Source: Salpingoeca rosetta (lineage: Eukaryota > Protista > Choanoflagellata). Taken from it: a stretch of DNA of 64,000 bases. Below the pieces are notes generated by a model, which worked only from the letters and a program-made list of their open reading frames with translations, did no database searches and was not told where the DNA came from. The stretch is taken from contig JAWQFM010000002.1 in the NCBI GenBank assembly GCA_033442325.1, positions 2,631,144 through 2,695,143 on the forward strand. Direction: 5' to 3'. Made by a program: the position numbers and the translations under genes. The stretch's first letter is position 1, and each line of letters begins with the position of its first letter. This document shows positions 57,070 through 64,000 of the stretch, one piece after another.

Positions 57070-57782
57070 CTTTATCGCAATCCCCATGCCATCGTCATAT
57101 CACAGAACCTCCACCATCATTGTTGATCAGTTCACTGTCATCAAATCATCACAACCACACCTCTGTCTGCCAACCTCTTCCCATCTTTGTTTCTGTTGTT
57201 TGCTTTCGTCTGTCAGTGTCAATTCACGCAAATACACCATACACAACACTCAACACACAACACAAAGATCGCAGTAGCTGTCAGGATGGGGTTCTATATG
57301 ATACGAAAACCAGCGGGGAGTGACATGACATCAGGGCATTGTCGCCACACAACAACCGACAACCGAAAGCTATGAGTGTGTGCGTGTGACAAAGCAAGGG
57401 GTGCATTTGGGTTCTAGAGATACGCTATGAGAGGAATATCAGATGCAAGGTGGGTAAAGAAAGAAACAAATGAGCAAAAGGGATCAAGTATTGGGGGGGG
57501 CAAAGAGGCGCTGTTGCTGCAACATGTCGGTGCAGCACTATCATTGCGTTCATGTGCAATCGAAGCAGCAGTAGGAGCAATTGTGGTCAGAGAAGGAATC
57601 AGACACAGGTGATGGCTGTCAACGTATGCGAGGAGCGAGAGAAACCAAAACAAAGACATGAGGGAGAAGCAAGGAAAGGAAGAAAGCAGTAATCTGATCG
57701 ACAGCACACAAAACAGCGAGCACACAGCACTCGTGGTTGCAATGCAACACCGTGGCAGCAGCGTGCAGTCTAACGAAAGACA

Positions 57783-57860
<78 letters not shown>

Positions 57861-57873
57861 CACACACACACAC

Positions 57874-57923
<50 letters not shown>

Positions 57924-57977
57924 GTGTGGCTGATTTCAGTGCACCACACACGGCAATGCGACAGGACAAAGCGCAGG

Positions 57978-60412
57978 CTAGCGAAGGAACAGCTCGACAA
58001 ACTCCATGCTCTCATCGCCATCGGGACCATCACCGCCACCCGTCTTCTCCGTCAGTGTCGCAACAACGCCACTCCGGACAGCTGTGCCGAGCGGCTGGCA
58101 CAGCAGCAGCATCTTCCCGCGGGCCTCGTCCGCAAACACGCTCAGTCGCGTCGCCGGCAGCCTGCAACAGAGGGGAGGGGGAGGACAATGGGAAAGGTGG
58201 TGTGACACATGGCAACACAACTGTCAGTGTTGGAGAGAACCTTGTTCAGAGAATGCAGCAACTCATGACAAACGCACCATCGCCACAACATAACAACAAC
58301 AGGCAGCAACAACAACAAGTGTCAACAAGCAACAAGTCACAACAAGTAACAACAAGCAACAAGTGAGCACAAAGATGTCGACGCACCCGAGCTCCTGCAT
58401 TGCGGTTGCGGCGACGTCACCAAGCGTCATCGACTCCTGGACACCGAGAAGGGTTGTCGTCTCGCCATGCCGTGCCTGCACCCGCACCATGTACATCACA
58501 GGCTCGGCTGTACACGTGCACACACGATGACGGATGAGAGATGGGCGGTGGTAGTGGTGATGGCAGCATCGATTGTAAGGAGATGAAGCAATTGCAACCA
58601 TGGAAATGGTTAGGTGATGTGTACGTTGATGTGCCCGCACCAAGACAAGCGCAAACAAACAAACGAACAAACAAACAAATAAACACAAGTGAGTGAGCAC
58701 ACGAACGAAAACCCATCCGAAGACTCACGTGGTGACTGCGGGTGTTGCGGCTGCAGCATCTGCAATGCGAGCGGCAGCGCGATGCTGTCTCGTCGCGGGG
58801 CCGACGACGAAACGGAGTGTGTATCTGCACCATTGCTCATCGACAACAGTGCCTCCTTCCCGCCTGACGCGACAATCTTCTTACCGACGCCCACCTCGTC
58901 ATCTGGCGGCAGCAGCAGCGGGTCAACCTTCTCCATGCCAACAAGGATGAACGTCTGCATGAGACCGCGGCCTTTCAACTCGACCTCGCCGCGCGGGCGG
59001 GACTGCACCGTCGCATTGCCGGCACGCAGCTCGCTCATCATCGACGCGCTGATCTGGATGCACGACGGTACGCCAGCGCTCTCCATCTGCGCCGCAACAG
59101 CAACCTGGAGGCAAGGCGGCACGCATTGGGTGAGTGTATTCATATGTGTGCATTTGGGTGTGTGTGTGTGTGTGTGTGTGAGCGGGAGAAGGGAGTGCAG
59201 TGTGTGAATGGGGCGGGCGCTTTGGTGTGATGAAAGCACGCTCATGCTTGGCATCAGTTGCGCATGAGAGCTTACCGCATCGCCAAAGAGACAGTAGCGA
59301 GGACGCGTCTGTCCGACTGCATGAACAACAGATTTGGTGAGGCGTGAAAGAACCGGTGAGATGAATGTTAAGCAAGTGTACACGAACTTTCTAACTAACA
59401 CAACACAACACAACACAGACACACAGAGACACAACACACACACACACACAAACAAACAAACAAACAAACAAGCAAACAAACAAACAAACAAACAAACAAA
59501 CAACAGGCTTCTTGCGGACTGACCGACTCCCGCCATGACAGAGCCGCTGTGCATGCCAATGCGCATCCTTATTGGGGCGCCATCAACGGGCGACAGCACC
59601 TCCCGGCTCGCACGTAGCATGTCAATCGCAAACCCTTGGTGCAGTCAGTCACGACGGTGGTGAAGGGGGGGGGGGGTGATGATGGAGGCAGGTGAGAAAG
59701 GGGGTGGAGTGTTATGTCAAGTGCAAGTGGCAGTAAATGGCTGATGGCATTGTATTGGCGTTGTGTGGACAGCACGTTTGCATCGGGTGCAATGAACGTA
59801 CGGCAGAGGCGCTCTGCGTGGTCGGGAGTCGTTTCTGGAAGACCAGACGCAACCATGTCTGTGAAATGGCGAAGTCAAGGGCATATGCAGGGAAGGAATA
59901 TCAGTGGTGGAGAACATCAGCGCCACACATGTAGATATTTACATAAACACACACATTTACACACATTTACACACAGACACACAGAGGACTCACACACACA
60001 CACACACAGAGGACTCACTCACACACACACAGACACACAGACACACACACACACACAGAGGACTCACAGGCGTCGCCGATGGTCTCGACTTTGTAGACGC
60101 CGTGCTTGTCGCAGAGCTGGTCGAAGCGGAGGAAGAGGCTGTTGAGCATGTCCATGACCTGCGTTGGGCGCACGGCACTGGAGATCTTGGTGAAGCCGAC
60201 AATGTCGGAGAAAAGGATGCTGACGTTTCCAAACCGCTCAGCGGGGGCCTCCTCGCCGTTTGCAAGGTACTGAATCACAGTCTGCGTGATTACAGCCAGG
60301 CATAGGGCACATTGCGTGTCAGCGAGCATGTGGAGTTGTGTATGCAGGGGAAAGAGATGATGGGAGAGAAAGCATCAGAAGCACGAAACCACTAACGAAA
60401 GCCAACCCTCTC

Positions 60413-60476
<64 letters not shown>

Positions 60477-62512
60477 CGACACGAACCTGCGGGAGGATGC
60501 TTGAGAGGAGCTCGTGGACCTTCTTCTTCTCGAGGCCAAGCTCGCGTTTCGCCTTCTCCAGGTCCTGCGTCACCTGCTCCAGTTGCGCAGCGACCCCAAC
60601 CGTGGCCGACTGGTGGACGTTGTTGAACAGCATCTCGCGTCCGTTGGAGTGGATGGGGATGTCGGGCAGACCGAGTCCGCACTTGTACAGCTCCTCCGGT
60701 GTCTGCGCAGAGGGCACGCCCACAAACAGCAGCGTGTTGTCGCGTGGGTTGTACCTAAACTCGCCCTGCAGGTAAAGAAAGTCTGCCGTTGCAGAGATGA
60801 ACTGGTCGTTGAGAAACGCGGCCGACATGGCGCTCCCTGTCGAGAAGATGCTGTCACTGCGGAACCGAACCTTTCCCTGCTGGCCATCATCTCCACCGCC
60901 GCCACCACCATTGACAGAGAGGAGGTTTGGGTTGGTGGCACCTGCACGTGCCCGCCCGCCCTTTGCAGGCGACGACAGGGACGACGACGACGCGTTCATA
61001 GCGTTGCCCATGTTGGCTGTGCTGCTGCTGCTGCGGTGGAAGGGGCACCCGCTGGGACCGGCGGGTGTGTTGGCGTGCGCATCGACGTTGAAGAGGCTGC
61101 TGCCTGCGCGCATGAGCTGGGCCTTCTTCTTCTCGTCGAGCTTCTGCTCCTTGATCTGGGAGTACCACTCGTCCCGCACCATCAGCATCACTGCGGTGCG
61201 GTCAAACTGCTTCAGGTGCTCAAAGTCGTTGAGCACGTGGTTTGGGCGGGTCACGGTGACCACGTCCATGAGCCGCTTCTGCTTCTTCAGCTCCTCCTCG
61301 TTGAAGCGGAGAGCGAGCGAGCTGCCCATGCTGATCACACGCAGGTCCGAGTCGACCTGCAGGTGCCAGGGGAAGAGCTCGTCAAACTCCGTTGTGGTTG
61401 CGTCGCAGGTGAGCAGCTCCTTGCTCGCCGTCTCGTGCTTGGTCTGTGGCCGCTCGACGCCCGTCGCGGACACCACCTCGAAGATGTCGTGGTCGTGGCC
61501 CTGCTCCTTCTTCTGCACGTGCTCAAAGTGCACTGTCTGCCCGTAGATCTCGTGGCCGATGCGTGAGAGGAGCGCGGTTGCATATGGCCACAGGCCCGGG
61601 CGGCTCGAGTAGTAGTGCAGCAGCACGCGCCCGTCTGGCAGGCGCTCGGGGCGGAAGCTGGGCGCCTTCATGTTCGGATACGAGTGGACCAGGTTCAGGT
61701 GCAGGCTGTCGAGGTGCTCCAGAAACTCAAACATGGTCGACCCGAGGCCTGGCGCGCGGAGGTAGGGCAAGATGGGAAGAGGGGGGGGGGAAGGGGTGAA
61801 AGGTCGGAGGAGATGAGATCATATTGTGGAGGGGAAGCAGTGTCGCAAGTTGTGCTGGGCTGACGGTTGTGCTGATAGTGTGCTGCTGCCAGTGTCGTGT
61901 GGGTGTACGAATCAAAATCTAGGGACAAGGGAACGAAGGGTACTTGAAGCTAGCACGTGCAACAAGCAAGGTCCATATAGTGACATGAATAACATCAACC
62001 AATCACGCAGTTGTTTACTCACTTCTGATCAAGGGTCCATAGCCCTTCTCCTCAAACTGCTCGAGCTGAACCGTGCCCATGTTGGCCAGCAGGTCTTCCA
62101 ACGACAGGTTGGTGACCGCAGCCACCGTGTTGAGAACCAGGAGCGTCTCTTTGTCGTCATACCTGGTGGTGTGGTGTGTGGGGGCGGGGGAAGGGAAGGC
62201 AGAGGGACGTTAGTCTGCTGTGGTTTGCCATTGAAGGCATACGCACCCGACAAGAGCGCGCGTACTGATGCACAAGCAGATAGACATACATACACACACA
62301 GACACACACACACACATACACACACACACAGAAACACATACACACACAGACACAGACACACACACGGCTGTGCCTTTGTGGTGGACGCACTGGGTGTAGA
62401 AGTTTGTGTTGATGTTGCCGTCGAGGCGGCGGCTGATTTTGTCCAGGAGATCTTCGCTGTTGGGCAGCTGCTTGACAAACGCCAGCGCTGCCGCTGGGAT
62501 GAAACCATACAT
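57978..62512 (-). CDS. Soluble guanylate cyclase (H-NOX, PAS/HNOBA, coiled coil, cyclase) with a predicted C-terminal ubiquitin-like domain
   Basis: MYGFI start; LDSLH heme-ligand His; APSFR; HYYSSR (YxSxR); FPWHL; DIPIHS; LLSSILP; SILFSDIVGFT; VYKVETIGDA; RIGMHSG; PRYCLFGD. The last two exons (about 58507-58388 and 58161-57978) join by compatible splice phases. Confidence 0.92.
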
Positions 62513-63558
62513 GCTGGCGTAGCAGTCCTTTGTCGTTTTGAGGGAGAGAGAGAGTGTGCGTGTGTTTGTGCGTGTGTGCGTGTGACGTAGCACGAGCTGG
62601 TACTATGTACGAGTGTGGAGATGAAGAAGAGAAGAGCAGCGTGAGTGCTCGCTGAGAAAAGACACGACTGTTGGGCGACAATGACGACGTTCGTGTGGCC
62701 CGCTCGAGCTTTGCTTGCTCACTCCGCTTACTCCCTCGCTCGCTTGCTGCAACTTGGATGACATTACCACTCATTCACCCGCGCCCGCACCTGTCTTCCA
62801 AGCAAGGCGAAGTTGGCGAGTCGTTGTAGCTCCGGTTCTGGGAAATGATGACACAGGACTGACACGACACCGCAAGGGCTTGAATGATTGAATGGCGTGC
62901 CACAAAGTTCCAAACGGTTGCTTGCACCACAACAATCGAAGACTGCGCACAAGTTTGTTGGGTGTACCCCGTGCCACGACACCCCACGATGCAATGGAGA
63001 TGAACAAGGGTTTTCGATATGTGAGCTCGTGGTGATGGATGGATGGGCAGGGAGGAAATGCTTGCTTGCCTGCCTGCCTGCTTGCTTGGGGGATGCCTTT
63101 GTGGTGATCGTTACCACGTTGCTTGCAACCAACTCACCTTCAATCAACCACAAGGCACACAACTTTGGTGGTTGCCACAGCGGCTGCGCTGGATGTGGCA
63201 AGGCTGACAAATATGGCAGTTCGTGACATGATGGCAATCACCTTCGAGGCCCCGAATCACGTCAGCCTACAGCTGCCCACTACGCAACATAGAATAATGG
63301 CGAATATCTTCACGGAAAATCGCAACACTTTAATGGTGGCCGGTGGCGAACGATGACGCGAAGGAAAGGGAAAAGCCTCGCAACACCAAGCAACCAAGCG
63401 ACACACGAAAGCAAAAAGAACACAGCAGTGCAACGAAAGCCAAAGCAGTCAACGCGCAAGGCAAGCAAAGAGGGGGGGGGGGGAGGAAAGCAGAGAACAC
63501 AGCACACAGGCACCACACGGTGTGTGCAGAGTGCTTTTTGGGAGAGGGCGCCCACTCT

Positions 63559-63610
63559 CTAGTAGGAGAAGTAGTGGCCGAAGTAGCCCTCAGGCTGTAC
63601 GGTGGCAAAG

Positions 63611-63642
<32 letters not shown>

Positions 63643-64000
63643 GAACAATTGTGTGAGTAGGGTGGCGATGATGATGTGATGATGGGTAACGATGTATGTG
63701 GCGGGGGTGCAACGGGGTTGGGGAAGCGAAACATGATGTGGGTGAGGGTGGTTGGTTGGTTGGTTGGTTGGGATGTGTTGTGAGGATAAACGGTGGTCGC
63801 AACAGGGATGGGCACAGGAACATACCACAACAGAGGAACAGACAACGGAAGCACAACGAAGCAACATCACAAGACAACGCTGGCACCAAGGGGTACGCAC
63901 CTCCTTGACAAACTTGGTGAGGACGTTCCTGAGGCTGACGACGCGGAGGGGGCGGCCATCGTCATCCACAACGTAGATGCGGTGGATGCGCGAGCGCACA
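63559..64000 (-). CDS. CBS-domain protein, 3' end
   Basis: RSRIHRIYVVDDDGRPLRVVSLRNVL is a CBS signature. It splices to a last exon PEGYFGHYFSY-stop. Confidence 0.8.

Noticed and set aside
62843-62862. Possible C/D-box pair (ATGATGA...CTGA)
   Set aside because: The boxes are too close together and there is no terminal stem or evident guide sequence.

Overview
Intron-rich eukaryotic DNA with (CA/TG)n-filled introns and animal-like genes, most consistent with the choanoflagellate Salpingoeca rosetta (inferred from style, not searched). Genes read by manual splicing: COMMD3 (partial), symplekin, NUDT6-like Nudix hydrolase, a poly-SIM low-complexity protein, a hypothetical protein, an ADP-ribosylglycohydrolase, an IQCC-like protein, a secreted GH43 hydrolase, two intron-containing tRNA-Tyr genes bracketing two intronless genes, mitochondrial seryl-tRNA synthetase, an ankyrin-repeat protein, a SAM-domain chitin synthase, an alpha/beta-hydrolase-fold protein with novel C-terminal repeats, an H-NOX soluble guanylate cyclase and the 3' end of a CBS-domain gene. 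Most unusual: (1) a ~580-bp compositionally foreign insert flanked by an exact 22-bp direct repeat that duplicates the GH43 start codon; (2) an sGC with a distal-pocket Tyr, missing catalytic Asn/Arg and an in-frame ubiquitin-like tail; (3) a catalytically altered hydrolase fused to NPYARGxxPGGxMPHP repeats ending in a Jupiter/SPIRAL1-like PPGG motif. Exon boundaries are manual and approximate; family calls rest on recalled motifs.
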